DNA from: the human T2T-CHM13v2.0 reference genome, Homo sapiens
NCBI RefSeq assembly: GCF_009914755.1
Contig: NC_060945.1
Strand: one strand, 5' to 3'
DNA length: 64,000 bases
Shown one piece after another: positions 30,929-49,618 of this stretch; position 1 is the first letter of the stretch; every line of letters starts with the position of its first letter. Below the pieces are notes generated by a model, which ran no database searches, was not told the origin of the DNA, and saw only the letters and a program-made list of their open reading frames with translations. The position numbers were made by a program, and so were the translations under genes.

Positions 30929-32048
30929 CTACGCATTTTAAACAAGTCCACTGTAAACTTTACCGGCTTGATATGCATTTACACCAATTAGTCGTTTTGG
31001 AAGCAAATACCGTGATACAGATTATTGCAATTTTCCCCATGTTTGAGGTAAAGAAATAGGCTCAAAAAGATTATATATGAGGGTAAAGCACATTTTAAAC
31101 CTTTGAAGATATTTTTGAAGCAAAGATTATCTTATTTACTTACAAGTCTTTTCTTTCCTTGACTACTTGGATGCGTCTATTACACCTGGTTTCTGTTTCC
31201 ACCCAATGTCTTTTTAGGCAGGTTAGTTCTATCATCATGAAATCACTGTAAGTGCAATACTGCCCTTTCCTTCATGATGTCATTCATCTCTTTCCCAGTT
31301 TGTTATCTAACACGTATTAACATTTTAGTATCCAACTACATTAATCTCATGACTACTAGCATTGAAAGAACTGATAAAAAGATAAAAGCAAACCCTTACT
31401 GCCTGGTTTGACAATAAGTAACAGCTCTTCACAAAGGCTGGCAATTAGGTCACTAAGCAAAAAATCTTGGAAGACCAAATTCGACCAACAGCAAACAGTG
31501 GTCTCAAATGTAAAAGAAAACTTAGGTTATATGCTACGCTTACAATAGCAAATTATGTATACTGCTTGAATTACTATTGATCTAAATAAAATGGTGCTAT
31601 GCTATAAAGATTATTTTCAAATAATTTCTAATATCAAACTATACTTTTGAATACCCTTGGCAAATCTTTTCCAGAATTACACATTCCTAAAACAATGAGC
31701 CAATCCACAGGCACGTGTGGCCTACTATATGCTCAACATTCACTTCTCTTTAAAACAATTTACATGACAAAACAAAGTACAACAGTGAACATTCATCAGT
31801 TGCACCTTCAAATGTCTGACAACACAATCAGATGATCTGTGTGTCCTTTACTTATTAAATTGATAACAAATAGAAAATAAAATGTAGATCTGAAGGAAGC
31901 ACTTAATTTTTTTAATTTGCTCAATTGCAAAAAATTTATTTATATAAATATATAAAATGAATTGCTATATTAAAAGAATAATACAAATTAAAATACTATA
32001 AATAATAACTTGACTGCCTTACAAAATCAATTTGAGCTACTGTATTTA

Positions 32049-32947
<899 letters not shown>

Positions 32948-34661
32948 TCACTCCATACAAAAATATATATTAAAAATTCAGGTGATCATGGCTTTGGCTA
33001 AGTGGCATTAGTCTACCACCTACAATTTTACATTGAAACACTGGGGATACTGCAAATGTTACCTAGTAAACTAAAAGTGTTACTTTGTAAACAGGGAGGG
33101 CAAAAAAGGAAGCTAGTTAGCTCCCACTTGGGACAGATTTTGTTCACTCTCTACCTCTACTCAAAGGAAATAGTTTGAACATCTCTAAATTATTTTCGTA
33201 ATAATTGCCTTCCTTCCAAAACAAACATGGACTTATAATTTTGCTGAGTTCCTTGTGGTAAGTTACTGGTACTAGTTTAAGCCACATGGCTCCCAAGTAA
33301 AGCCAACAGTTTTTGGCTTGATATGCTAATATGTAGATTTTGAGGCCACAGTAAAATTAATTAACTAATTAAAGGGTTATTTTTCCATGTCACAATGGAG
33401 AGTCCTATCTAAATTAGGGGTTTTACACTGAAGATACAAATATCCAGATGGTTTCAACAAGAAATTAATGTTTCGGTGTACTATTGCCAGAGACCAGTTA
33501 AAATCATAAGAATCTGTATTTTCTTCCTCTTTTCCTACTATTTTTAAGCCAGGGAATTTGTACAGTTTAATTAAAAGATACTGGAGGGAAGAAAAGAGTC
33601 CATGCATCAGTAGCTTAGGATCCTTAGCACTGAATAATCCAACCCTCCAAATAACTCTTACAAATGAATCCTACAGTATTTCTCATTCAGCAATATCCTG
33701 TTACTGGGGCAACCTGTGCCATTAGGTCTCAGTAAGCAGCACAGTCTCATTGCCAGATGTAGCTCAGACAGCAGCAACTCAAGCCCTGCACTACAGAGGC
33801 ATCTCCTCTTCCAGCCATCACCTGCTTGGAAACAAAAACAGACCCCACTGGTTTGGCCACACATCTGTAATCTGCTTAAGGCTATAAAAGTGTTTTGCTT
33901 TTCTTTTTGACATACATGTAGTCCAAGTTTATTCAATACAGGAATCGAGCATTTCTAATAAGACCTCAAAACTGGCAGCCAGTTCCCTCAAAAGAAAATG
34001 CAAGTTTCTGCTATTCTCCTATTCGTCATTTTCAAATGAGTTCTCCTATTTCAGTATAACAGTCAGAAAGCCTCACACAGTCCTGGAAGCTGCCAACCCA
34101 GCATTATGACAGCTGCTTCTCAAAGCCATGAGCCATTTCATTAAATCCACTCTTACTTGACTCATCCACTGGCAAAGATTTAAAGCTTTAATTTATCTTT
34201 TGTATGATTCACTTTGCGGCCCTCTAAAGTTGTTAGGTTTTTTTTCCTTGAGCATTTAATATCATTTCTCAAAATGCAATGCAGAAAGGCAGCTGAAAGA
34301 TTATATATTCAAAAACTTGTAACTCCAGAGATACAAATAAAAAGATATATAGTCAAATACAGCCTCTCTTTCTCTCTCACCTAATTTTAAAGACAAAGTA
34401 CTGAATAGACATAAATTCTCATGACAGCCTGAGCTCATCAGGTAAGGCTATGAATGTTTCAACATCACTAGCTAAGTGGAAGACGGCATGTGCATAATTT
34501 ATTACATGATTGAATGACAAGTTTTCACTAACTACAAATCATGTATTTGTGAAATGCACCATCTATAATACCATCTGGTTATTATTTTCTGAGAAAAGTT
34601 CTCAGAGCACAATGACCATAATTAAATTTGCTTTTGACTAGATGTAGCACTGTGCCACCTA

Positions 34662-35036
<375 letters not shown>

Positions 35037-35278
35037 CACTTTAATATAGTATCTGGAACATATCAAATGCTCAAGAGGTTTAGTGCCCTTCATTACACTG
35101 GAGGAAAAAGGTGACATTTTGTACCTCTGCATGCTCAGATACAGTTTGTTTTTGAGTTGGAAATATTTCATACTTCATCTTTTCTTATTCTTACAATTTT
35201 CCTTTATTTATAATGTAGCCATCCCTCTTCTGCCCATGGAAATAATGAAACATGGGACCCATCATGCTATGTTATTAG

Positions 35279-35664
<386 letters not shown>

Positions 35665-36288
35665 TAGTTTTGGTGACACTATTAACCTTAAGTTAACATG
35701 ATGACGTAGGTGTATGTGTTTGATGTGAATGCCAATGTGATTCAACTCAAATACTTGTTGAGCACCTAACTACCTAACTTATAGAAAATTATGCCAAGTA
35801 TTTTCCTGCATCAGGTTGTACAGGCCTCATAATAAATGTAAATTCTTGGTAAGTAGGATAGGCTGTTAACCTTTAGAATACCATCAGGGTCTTTGGACAC
35901 AATTTTACCTTTTGAGTTTCTGAGCACTTCTAACTACTTGTGGGGCTTGATATTTCTCACTTTTATCCATTCATAGAGAAAAAGAAAATTTTAATCGACT
36001 AAAACTCATTCTAGCTTGTACTTAACCATGAGTCTGAGATATGGTATGAACCTCGATCTTTTTCCTATATTGTGTTCCTATGTTACAAAATATTTATCAT
36101 CCGAAGAATTATTTCATCATTAGCCATCAACTATTTAAAAACTGTGCTAAAGAAGACAAAATAATATGAGCATGAAAGAATGATATAATTGCCTAGAAAG
36201 GTGATGCAATAGGGAAATTATCACATTTTTATTGCTGTGTTCCCAAAGTACTGCATCATCTTTCAAGATGGTTTAAAAAAAGTCTGCA

Positions 36289-36429
36289 TAGTCCCAGCTA
36301 CTTGGGATGTTGAGGCATGAGGATCACTTGAGCCCAGGAGTTTGCAGCTGTAATGCACCATACTCACACCAGTGAATAGCCACTGCGCTCAAGTCTGGGC
36401 AACAGAGTGAGGTCCCATCTCTTTAAAAA
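36289..36429 (+). mobile_element. FAM (fossil Alu monomer)
   Basis: Retains the 7SL-like cagtgaatagccactgc segment. Confidence 0.8.
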
Positions 36430-36653
36430 GCATGATAAAAAGAAGTCTGGAGACTCACTGAATATAGTCAAAAATCATCTTCCACATATTGGCAAATAGG
36501 AACAACTGACAGAAGGAGGCATTTTACCAATTAGATAAACCAGAAGAAGAATGAAATTGATCACGTAAGTAAAACCTTAGGCTATGAGCCTTCACATGAT
36601 ATCCTAGATGAATTTTCTCAAGCTCAAGAATTGACAAGTGAGCAATGTATTTC

Positions 36654-36956
<303 letters not shown>

Positions 36957-37945
36957 TGAGCAATGTATTTCTAAGAATAAAAAGAAAATATGGTATTCTC
37001 ATCCACTTAGTCATTCAACAGGAAGGATATCATCACTCAATATTATGTGACAAAAACATTAACCATCATTGCTAAAATGATGTGACAGTATTCCTTGCCA
37101 TTTTATGATGCTTATGCAACACATTTTATGTCTGTGCAACACATTTATTTGATACCATTAGGAAGTGGACAAATGCCCAAGGCAGGAATCTCTCTAAGGT
37201 GATTAGAAGAGATAATGCAGAAAAAAAGGGGGAAAAAAAGACTGGCTTGATCATTTTAATAGCTGTTTACAAATCCAAACTTGAAAACATTTTATTCCTG
37301 AGGGAAGATGGCTATATTCTCTCTTCAATAAAATTATGAGCTGTCAATGTTTTAAATATCTTAAATTTTTACAATAATTAAATGAAATTGCAAGTATAAA
37401 AAAAAAAGACCAAGAAATATGATGAACCTAATAGAGATGTATTTGAAATGTAGAACCAGTATTTGTAAGACGGATATATTTCAGGTTCGTGCATGGCAGG
37501 TGATTAGCAGCTAGCTGCATTCCAAAGGATAATGCTCATTTCAGAAATCCATACCTTCAAAACTGGGAAAATACAGAATAAACATGTGGGTTTACCATAT
37601 TTAAATTCTTCGTAAAATTAAAATATTTACTATGTTAACTCTTATTAAAATTGCTAATAGTTATTTCTCACTATTCCTTTATTCTTAGTTCTGTAAATTG
37701 TTTACCAAATAATCTAAAAATATGAAACAATAATAATATAAACGGCCCACTGTATCTAGATAGTCAATGGTGCTGGCCTGGTTTTCTGGTGTAGTTAGAG
37801 GGCAAGGTGACGTCTTGCCATATGTGACACTCCAGCAATCACCAGAACTGATGAAGTTTAAACTGGGTTCAATACGGAATTGTATATTCCAATGCACGCA
37901 CACCTGCATACATGGCCATACGCACCCACACAAGCCACCCCGAGC

Positions 37946-38301
37946 TGTATTAGTTCATTTGCATGTTGCCGATAAAGGCATACCTGAGACTGGGTAATTT
38001 ACAGAAGAAAGAGGTTTAACTGGACTTACAGTTCCACATGGCTGGGGAAGCCTCACAATCACGGTGGAAGGCAAGGAGGAGCAAGTCATGTCTTACATGT
38101 ATGGCAGCAGGCAAAGAGAGAGAACTTGTGCAGGGGAACCCCTCTTTTTAAAACCATCAGATCTCGTGAGACTTATTCACTTCACAGGAACAGCATGGGA
38201 AAGACTTGCCCCCATGATTCAATTGCCTCCCACCGAGTCCCTTCCACAACACATGGGAATTCAAGAAGAGATCTGGGTGGGAAAAAAGCCAAAACATATC
38301 A
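37946..38301 (-). mobile_element. THE1B-like MaLR solo LTR
   Basis: tgtattag...ggaaggcaaggaggagcaagtcatgtcttacatg...catatca. Confidence 0.9.
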
Positions 38302-38329
38302 CTGCCCCCCAAACCAGAGAGTAACATTA

Positions 38330-38584
<255 letters not shown>

Positions 38585-39877
38585 TTAATGAAAATAAGAC
38601 ACGGTCAAAAGGAATCACTCCTCCAGATCTTAAGCAGCTCTTTAAAAAAAAAATGTTCAAAGAAATAGAAAAAAAAAATCATCTAATTATCCAGAAAGAT
38701 ACATCAAGTTACCTCTCAGCACACGCTCACCAGTGTCTGCAAACCTAAACCTAAAAGAATACATCGATAATTAAAGATTGTTTCTTAAAAAAAATGTGAG
38801 TACCTCCTCTGCAAGAGGAAAAGTGTGACTCTACAACAATTAGAGGGTCTTCTAACATTTCATTTGCTTTACGAATTCAGCAACCCCCATGGACCACTGG
38901 GTTCAATCAGATTCTGCAGTTCCAGGTGAGGAGCAGCTCTGCCTCCAGGGCTAGGCTGCCTACCTGGCTAGTCTTACAAGTTAGCTTTCCAAATGAATTT
39001 TCCCATGGAAAAAAATCTTACCCACGATGGCTGGAGTCTGTGTATTATTAACATTATGTACGTAATTATTATTATTAACATTATGCTACATAATGTTAGT
39101 AACAGTCTGGATTATGCTACATTACAGACTGCATAAATAGGTATTTTGAGGTGATCTGAGAATATGACCATTACAACACTGGAGAAAAATATACTCGGTA
39201 ATTTACACATAAATTTCTGAAACACTACCTGTTTTGCCTATGTTAAAGATTTACCTCTTTTTCATACCTCTTTTTCAATGAGGTCATAAAACAGAGCTCA
39301 TCCTACAAGGAATGTTTCTCTAAATGCCCCATTAGCGATAGAAAAACACTCATCTTCTATCAAAACAAGCCTCATTAACTACCAAACAACAAAATACTGT
39401 GAATCAAATATTGTTTCCAGGAAAATGGTAGCTCGTTTCTCCTTCTTCAAGAATTGTCACGTAGCATCCCCTGAAGATGTTTTAAGTCAGGTACGTTAAA
39501 CTTCTATTCTGATTTTACATTTCAAGTGTCAAAAGGAGGGCTGGTTCCTGGAACAAGGAGGCTGCCAGTTGGCAGGAGCCCACCTTGTGTGTGGATCAGT
39601 GATGCAACACCTTTCTGGTTTTGTCCACATGAAAGAAGCCCTGCCCGCCTGCAGGGCTACAGGAAAAGAAGTTAAAAAATAAAATGGTGCAAGTGACCTG
39701 ATATACTAATTATACTGAATCCAAACCAATTTTTTTAAATTTTAAAAACAAGAATAGTTAAAAACAATAATAAAAATTCAGTGGCTCAGCCTTAGAAAAC
39801 ATTACTAGGTTATACAAACCGTCTGTCTTAATGGAAAAATAAAGAGTGATAAGAAATTTCAAGTCATCCAGGAACTA

Positions 39878-40495
<618 letters not shown>

Positions 40496-40534
40496 CTTTG
40501 CTAAAAGATGGGAGGCTCTATAACAGGGCCTATA

Positions 40535-40636
40535 GAAAAAAAAAGGCAAAAAAATTTCATAATGTTTTAAGAAAGTTTATGAATTTGTGTTGGTCCGCAT
40601 TCAAAGTCGTCCTGGGCAGTGGGCTGGATAAGCTTT
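40535..40636. mobile_element. MER30 fragment
   Basis: cataatgttttaagaaagtttatgaatttgtgttgg.ccgcattcaaag.cgtcctgg. Confidence 0.8.
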
Positions 40637-42142
40637 CTACAATATCCAATCGTGGACCATGAAGTCCTTACCAAAAGCTATGAAAAAAAATTTAAAATAT
40701 ACAATTTACTTTGTCTAATATTTATTGAGGACCTATGTGCAAGACATACCAGACACATAAACTATAGTTTGGATTCTAACAGATAAAAAGAGATATGACT
40801 ACAATTAATTGGAAGATAAGTTATGGTCTTATAAGAAAAAGGTAAAGCAAGGGTAGTATAGCAGAGCAAGGCACCTGTAAAGACTTGTAAAGGCTGCATC
40901 TTTTCAGGTGAACATTTATAAATATATAGATTTTGACGGGTCATAAGAAGTGGCACTTTAGAGTTGACAAATATCTTTATCATACATTAACCCCATTTGA
41001 CAAAAAAAGGAAAAATATTTCAGATGGGGCAGAACGGTGGGAATGAAAGCCTAGAGAAAGAAAAGGTCAATGGTTTTAGGATGCCAGGAGAGTCACATAC
41101 ATGTATAAGGCTGAAAATGCAGGCTGAAGCCATGTAAGAGACTTCTGAATGCCCTGCAAGAGAATTTGGACTTTTCTACAGGTAGAATAAACCATCAAAT
41201 ATTTCCTACCAACTGTCAACAGGATTAAAAACACATAGTAGAAAGATAGTAACACATGGGAAAGAATTATCTGGGAGGAGGGTGGATGAAGCCTGGGGGT
41301 GTGGGGGAGAGGGAGACTGAAAATGCAAGAAAGGGAGAGGAGATGATTGAGAGTCCAGCAGAACATAATCATAAAAGGGAAGACAGGAAACAAAGGGATA
41401 GAAGAAGGTACAAGAGTTGCTGAAGTACAGGAGAAAATTCAATGGTTTATTCAACAAACACGTACTGGGCACCTACCAAATGTCAGGTACCATGTTGCAG
41501 AAATTCACAATGGATGACGGTGGAGGGGTCATCTGTAGAGCATGAGAGAGAGTTACGCTGGGAACCAAGGAGAATGAAGTTGGGCTGGATCAACTGCTAT
41601 GGGGAAGATGATAGGTCATCAAGACAGAGATAATTAGGTGCATCTAGTAACATTAAGATCCCAGCTGATGTTACAGCATGAATAAGAAATGGAATTAAGT
41701 GGTAAGGTTACATGACTTGATACTTTAGAAATCCCAGAAGCAACTAAAGAAAGAAATTAATTTTTCCTAGCTATGGAGAATTGACAAAAATATGTTTAGA
41801 AAATGTGAAGGGTTTCAGCCAAGTCAAGGATGTTCAATGGAATAGGTAAGAATGGTTATCCATTGATTCCATCCTGATTAGAAAGGCAGGCAGGGAAAAA
41901 GAGGATAATGGACTAAAAGCCTGAACTGGGGAGGTGATTATGAGGGAAGATCATGATCAGAGAGGAATATCAAAGCTATAAACCTTATGGTACTATTTCT
42001 AAGGAATTTCAGAGTCTAAAGCATGACTGTGTTCAGGTACTGAAATGGGATGTAAATGAAGGTAACTAGGAAGGAGCTGGCTAGCATTTCAACTGAATAT
42101 CAACCTGGATAGTGACATCATCACTGAAGACTGTAATTGGTG

Positions 42143-42205
42143 GGGGTAACCATATGACCCAGTTTGCCTGGATCCTTCAGTTTATGACTGTGGTCCCAGT
42201 GTTCT
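42143..42205. mobile_element. MER94-like (hAT-Blackjack) fragment
   Basis: gggtaaccatatgacccagtttgcctgga terminal motif. Confidence 0.55.
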
Positions 42206-43117
42206 AGCTGATATAGACAATAAACTCTATGGGGGCCCTAGTAGCAGATTACACCAGAAATTAAAAGAAAAAAAAACAAGCATCCTGTAGTTTGCCGATT
42301 ATAAACTTACAACTCCTATTGAATGTGCTGTTTGGAAATCTGTAGCTCTAGGGAACATCTAAGAGAATACTGAAGGAATAAGATAAGTGATACAATCATC
42401 ACCCTTCGGGGGATGAGACAGCATAAAATCAATGCCTGAACCAGATGGCATTTCCAACCCAAAGATTCTCATTTTATAATTTTATGATTTGAATATAGAT
42501 GTTTGCCTTCAGTTAAGAATGAGAATCAGGTAAGAAGTAACGGGACTAAGCTCCCTAAGAAAAAGAGGCGAAAATAGGTTTCTTTACAATCAACAAATCA
42601 AAGGTAGTTAAAAAAAATTAACAAGCATTTATTAATGCCTTTGACTTCCACTATGAAGGAAAAGAAATGATAAAAGGCCAAAAAAAAACCCTTACACATC
42701 CACACAGAGAACGCCCAAAATCTCAAACCAAACCTTTAACGAAAATTCACCTTAAACTAATGACTGACAATCCCAGAGAGCATTTAAAAATATTTTTAAA
42801 TTAATGACCAAAACAGAACGCCATTATTATTTCAACTCCCTGTTAGAACTACCAGTAACCTATGATAGTTATCAGTGGGATTTTGATCCCAAGTTTAATA
42901 TTAAATAGTTAAAATTAACTCTGTGATGGGTGACTGATATTATTAATTCAACAGGATGCCATAAAAATTCATAGTTCAGATTTTTGCATAACAGCAGACT
43001 CTGATGGGAGTGGGCAGAGACCTTTTCAGTGATAAACAGAAAGATTAATTTACAGGATACAAATACTCCATACAAGATGTTTCAGCATCTCTGAGGCTGA
43101 ACACAAAGGCCACCTTA

Positions 43118-43312
<195 letters not shown>

Positions 43313-44308
43313 CTACAAAGTGTAAGGAGAAAACAGTGAGTGGTAGAGTAGATGTGTTTCATTGTAAGAAAACTCCACATAAAATAATCAACATGCAGAC
43401 CCAATATATTAGGAACCAATTTCACAAAGGAAAAGATTATTTGCTTTTTGAGTGAATTTACAACAGGATTTTTTTTAGCATGGGTTACACTTTGGTACTC
43501 TTTTTATTCTTGTTTATTATTTATTTAATAAGACCACGATGTTATATAATAGAGGTTTATACGAACAACTGGAATGGAAACTAATTGGGAAATAAGATGT
43601 AGCAGTCTCCACTGGTGAACAGATACCAGAGAATTAATGCCTTCTGGCTTAATTCGTGTATCCAGAAATTGTGCGCATTCCAGGTAGATCCCCAGCTCAC
43701 TCCTACCTCCCTTACAGATGGAAGTTTATCTCACATGGACCTGCCTTATCCTAGAAATTCTGACTCTCTTGGTTCACTTTCAGAGTAACAATCCTGGGAA
43801 GAGAAGAAATTATCCCCTGCAGCCACTAAGAATCAGAACTTACAGTCATTAGAGATTTCTCCTTGAATGTCTTTTTGCTTTTCTGGGATTTGCTAAATTT
43901 GCACAAATCTAGATTAGCATAAAGTTCTGAGAGCATCCACTAGTGATAAATGAAGGATGAATAATTCAAGACATAAAGGTAGACAATGAAAATATTACAG
44001 ACTGTATTTTGACCTTATGGGAGTCATTTCCGTTTCTTAGAGACAAAGGATTTTTCTTTTGAAAACACAGAAGGAATAAAAAATGAGGTTATCAAATAGG
44101 TAGCTGGACTTCAAATTATTTGGTTTGTTTTCTTAAACTCAGCAAGCTCTTAAACCTCCAAAACACATTTTTACATAAAAAACATTTTATTCTACAGTGG
44201 ATCCAAATATACTATTTTATAAGAGGCATAAAATAATACTAAATCTTCAGTGGTATTTTCTGTCTAACAGCTATAAAGCTATGATACAATGGTTAAGCTA
44301 AGCTAGAT

Positions 44309-44532
44309 CAGATTTCTCAACCCCAGCACTATTGATGTTTTGGACTGCCTAATTCTTGGGGGTGGCGGGTGGTTATCCTGTTGACTGTAGGATGTTTAGC
44401 AGAATCTCTGGCCTCTGGGCACTATCAGATGCCAGTAACACCACTCCCTCAAGCTGTAATAACAAAAAATGTCTCCAGACATGTTCCGGTGAGGGACAGG
44501 GGATCAAAATTGACTCAAGTGAAGCACTATGA
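44309..44532 (-). mobile_element. MER20 in intron 4
   Basis: tttctcaaccccagcactattgatgttttgg...tgtaggatgtttagcag...aaaaatgtctccagacat. Confidence 0.85.
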
Positions 44533-45320
44533 GCTAGATAAAGGAGCCTAATTCTAGTTAGCCTAAGACTGATCTTGCCACAAATAAACTATATAAATTT
44601 ATTAGAAAAACTATCAAAGGGACACAGCAGCTGTGAAGGTGGTCTTACCACACAGTGACCTTTTCATGCTAAGTATCTTACATCTTTTATTGGCTTAGCC
44701 AAAAGCAGAGGTTAACCAAGTGCTCGGTCAGACTCACCCTGTGGAAAAATCAAGATGGTAGGCATGGCCTGCTGAATATAAAACTGGATGGTATAACTGA
44801 GAAACTGAATTCTAACTGGAGCTTTCAGGCTGGTATAAAAAAGCTACTTCACTGTTCTACCACTGTATTCACTAATAGATAACAGGGGAAAAGGCTAAAT
44901 TATTAAAAAATTGTATATGACAAAAGAAAACAACAGGTGCATAAAAATAATCTGAAGGGTAAACTTTAAAGTTATAACTATTAGAGATTATATTTTTAAG
45001 TTATAAGGCATGGCACAGACAACTTATATTTTTAAGTTGCGAAACACGGCACAGGCACATAATGAATCTAGTTCAACTGGCCCTATTTTTGACTTTTTAA
45101 AAATATTCATGGATGGGGAGGCTGCGCATGTGTGGGGACAGGGGGTACACGGGAACTCTATTTTCTGTTCGATTTTGCTGTGAACCTAAAATCACTCTAA
45201 AAACTAAAATCTGGGTTACGGATAGTAGCACTGGGTTTTTTTCTTAAATAACTTATCAACATAGCTGTTGCCTCAAAATACCCCTAAAATGCCATTAAGC
45301 ACGTCCCCAGGAAATCTTCA

Positions 45321-45506
<186 letters not shown>

Positions 45507-48155
45507 TCACAGTGTTCTTACCGCAGAAGACATCAAGGAAAGATAGACTTCAAGACAAGTTAAACAGCCTTTTAATGCCTAAGCAACCCAATCAAGACCC
45601 TACTACCTTTAGAATGTTACGTCTGGCCTCCTTAAGCAACTCCGTTTCTTGCCACTTCAAGTTTGATGGTTAAAATAATGCCTAAATGCTGCAAGTGAAA
45701 TTGTCCCTTAATTAATCTGAATTTCTTGCTTCAAAATTAATCCTAAAAAAGCTGCTTAACTAGAGAACCAATTACCATTCTACTACAACAGGGGAGTAAA
45801 ATATAAATATTGACATTGTCTAGGTAAGCATTTGAGCAGAATCAATATAAATCCCTACTTTTCTTTCTTGGACATTTTAATCTGCTTGTAAGTAACAGAA
45901 ATTTTAGCATTTTTCTACTTCCTAAGCAAAAAACCCAAAAGTGTATTTTATATATATGTTTACATAACACACATAAGAGAGAGAGAGTTTAATTCAGTTT
46001 ATTCTGAAAACTGTCCCTCAGACTTTTGTTAAATCTTTAAAGAAAATGTATATTATGCAAATTATTTCTAGGCATTTCTGGTATTGAAGATATAAAGATA
46101 TTACATAAAGTCCTACATGAACTCAGTCTAATGAAGGTAAAAGATGGATAATTACCACATTATATGTAAGCTGTAAACTTAATTTTTGTTTACTGCAATA
46201 TTCCCAGCTTTTAGCACAGATTCTTGCACATAGTAGGCAATAAATATCTGTTAATGAATGAACAAGTTAAATTCTGTAATAGAGATAAGGAAAGTGTCAG
46301 GCCAGTATCTTGGGTGCAGTGGGAAAAACCTCAAAGAAGAAACAATATTCGAGATGAATCTGAATGGTGAGAAGTAGTATGCCACATGGGAAATGAATTG
46401 AACTTCCATAACGTAAGGATAGACTCTGTCTTGCTTGCCATTATACCCCCACAATTCCTGGCCTAGTTCTGTCAAACATCAAGAACTCTATTATAGAATC
46501 CAAATGGATGGATGGATGGGTAGCAAAAGACCCTTCAAAATGAGGGAGCCTCCTGTGCAAAGACAGAGTAAAGAACCAGCAAGGCATATTTGCAGCCCAT
46601 CTGGATATGGGTGGAAGCAGAAAGCAAGTGGCAAAGGGAGTCCAGAAGGAAGTAGCACTGGGGAAGCATGCTGGACTCCAATTTTAAAGAGGCTTAGGTT
46701 TTGGATGCCATTTTGGAAGAAGCAACATAGGCCAAAAGTTTTTTTTTTTTTTTTTTTTTTTTTAAGATAGACTCTATAATTAAGTGAAGGATAGATCAGC
46801 ATAGTGAAACCATGAAAGCAGGGAGACCACCAAGTAGGTCACTGTGGTCCTTCAGGCAAAACATGCAAGAATAGACATAAACCCACAACTCCCACGGAGC
46901 AAGGAATACAGATCGTCCACACAGCAGCAAAGACAGGAATGAATGTCTTTCTTTCATAGTACGCTATAGGGCATTTTCTGAAATGCAACATAAAGAGGGA
47001 TTAAAAGCCCTAAGAAGGGGAAGGAAGTAACTTTTCATTCTCATAAAAGGGTTTAAACTTTAGTCTGTTTCTAGCTCAAACATGTAAGATGTAGCATGAT
47101 ACTGAAGTACTTATTTCAATAAGTACTATTTAGATAAAAATCTAAGCAAATCATAGGGGAGAATAAGCACTGTATCTTGTCATTCCTTAAATCTTTAAAA
47201 TGATCAATGATGCCCATAGCAGTATAGTGTGTGTTGCAGGGAATGCAAAAATTATGAGACATGGTACCCCAAAGGCTGCAGGTGTCACTTTGCAGGGAAG
47301 AAACCAGTGAGTACTGAGCACACACCCCATGCAGCTCCACAGGGCCACATCACGGGTTCTTTTATAAACCTCACTTCCCAGGGGAGGAATCTCCGCCAAG
47401 AAACCTAAGGCTACCTAACTCAGGAGATTATAACCTAGCCCCAGAGATAAGCATTAAGATATAAATTATAAGGAAAGAAATAACATGATAATGCAAATGA
47501 TACCACATTTCTCTTTTACATAGAATGATATAAAACAAAACAAAACAAAACAAAAACAAAAAACACAAGAAGACCTGGAGAATGGAAAGTAAAGGTAATC
47601 TCATCCAAAACAAATACACCATTCCCAGGTGGATTTCTCAGGGTTTCTGAGGGCTCTCAGGGTTTCTGAGGTCAGGGACTAACCCTAGCTGCTTGGAAGA
47701 ATACCTGATATCTGAGGCATCCCAATTTTCTAGGTTACAGGAGGCCAGAAGTACCCTATGGCCTGAAGATGCCCACCTCATCTGTCAGCTCTGCTCAGTC
47801 ATATTTGCAAATGTCCAAACTAAGAAGTGATGCTTTTCTATTTGACAAGTAACTACTGGAAAGATTAAATGCCTGTCATGTACAAATAGGTCAAAGAGTT
47901 TAAAAAATCTAATGCTGGCCCAAAGCTACTAAATCAGTTCGTGAGAAGAGCCAGAGCAGGTATCAGATACACTCGACCTTGGCCTGCAAGAGTTCTTGGG
48001 GGCATAAATCAGACAGTAAGTGCCAAACCACAAAACCAAATCATCTTGTTTTATCTGCCCTTAGTCAATCTGCTGACGACTAGATTATAATGCAAAGCTA
48101 AAGTTACCAAAACATATTTACTTATTCACCAAAAGGACATGTACTGCATTAATCT

Positions 48156-48506
<351 letters not shown>

Positions 48507-49583
48507 TGAATTAATTAAAAGTTGCCTTGGATATTAGGAGTTCATTAGCTAAGGATGTTACTCTTACTTTCATCTGGCAGAAAATCTATCCAAGAGAACC
48601 ATATTCTTGAACTTGTGTTTAGGACAGAGGTTGGCAAACTACTACTTGTGGACCAAGTCTGCCCACCCACCACCCCCCTGCCCCCAACACCTGTATTTCT
48701 GCATTAGACTGACTATAACAATTGTTCATTATGTTTATAAGTGGTTACTGAACTTTCTAACTTGCAAAACATTTCATTTGATACTGCCAAGATGGTCTTA
48801 GCTTCTTATATTGCACAAAGCTAAGAAATATGTGTCCCTCAAAATGAGAATGGTTTTTTAAAGGATTAAAACTGGTTACTTAATAAGCTCTCAGGACTAA
48901 TGGCAAAATAGAAACCTCATTGTATTCTAACATTAAAATAAAATTTAGCAGTGGACAGCACTGCTTACATTACTTTTAAAATTTGATGAAACATGTTAGA
49001 AGGTTACACATCAGAAATTGTAAGCGATTCAACCACAAAAATCTGTTTTTAAAAACTTTTAATAAGCGTTAAGAGTGCTAAAAGTATAATGAAGCCTTTT
49101 TCACCAACTGGCTTAGCACGGTTTATATTTTCTCTTTTTAATTAAAAAATATTGTACTTAAAAATCTTTGCTAGGACAGCAGTTACATGGAAACTGTACT
49201 TTCTACTCAAACTTGCTGTGAACTTCCACTGCTTTGTTTTTAAAAACAAAGTTTATTAATTTTAAAAAGCCTATGATCGTATATACCTGGAGTTTCTCTC
49301 CACAGCCACGTATACCTTATTTTTATAAATGCTTCTGCTTATTTGCTTTGATCTTTCAGGTAAAAAGAGTTCTTAACAGAATTCTGATGTAAGAGATCAA
49401 AGACTAAAACAAATTAAACATCATAATGAGAAATCATGTTCCTGTTTACAGCAAACTTTAGGCAATTTGGCACCATTTATTTCAAGTGGATAAATTCATC
49501 AATATACAGTATGCATGTTTATTGAGAAACATACAACCTGGTTTCTTGCTAAAACAATTCACAATTTATATTCAAAACGCATG

Positions 49584-49584
49584 T

Positions 49585-49615
<31 letters not shown>

Positions 49616-49618
49616 CAC
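49584..49618. repeat. (CA)n microsatellite
   Basis: Direct reading. Confidence 0.9.

Noticed and set aside
36289-36429. Possible 7SL RNA gene
   Set aside because: It lacks the S domain and is degenerate; it fits a FAM retroposon.
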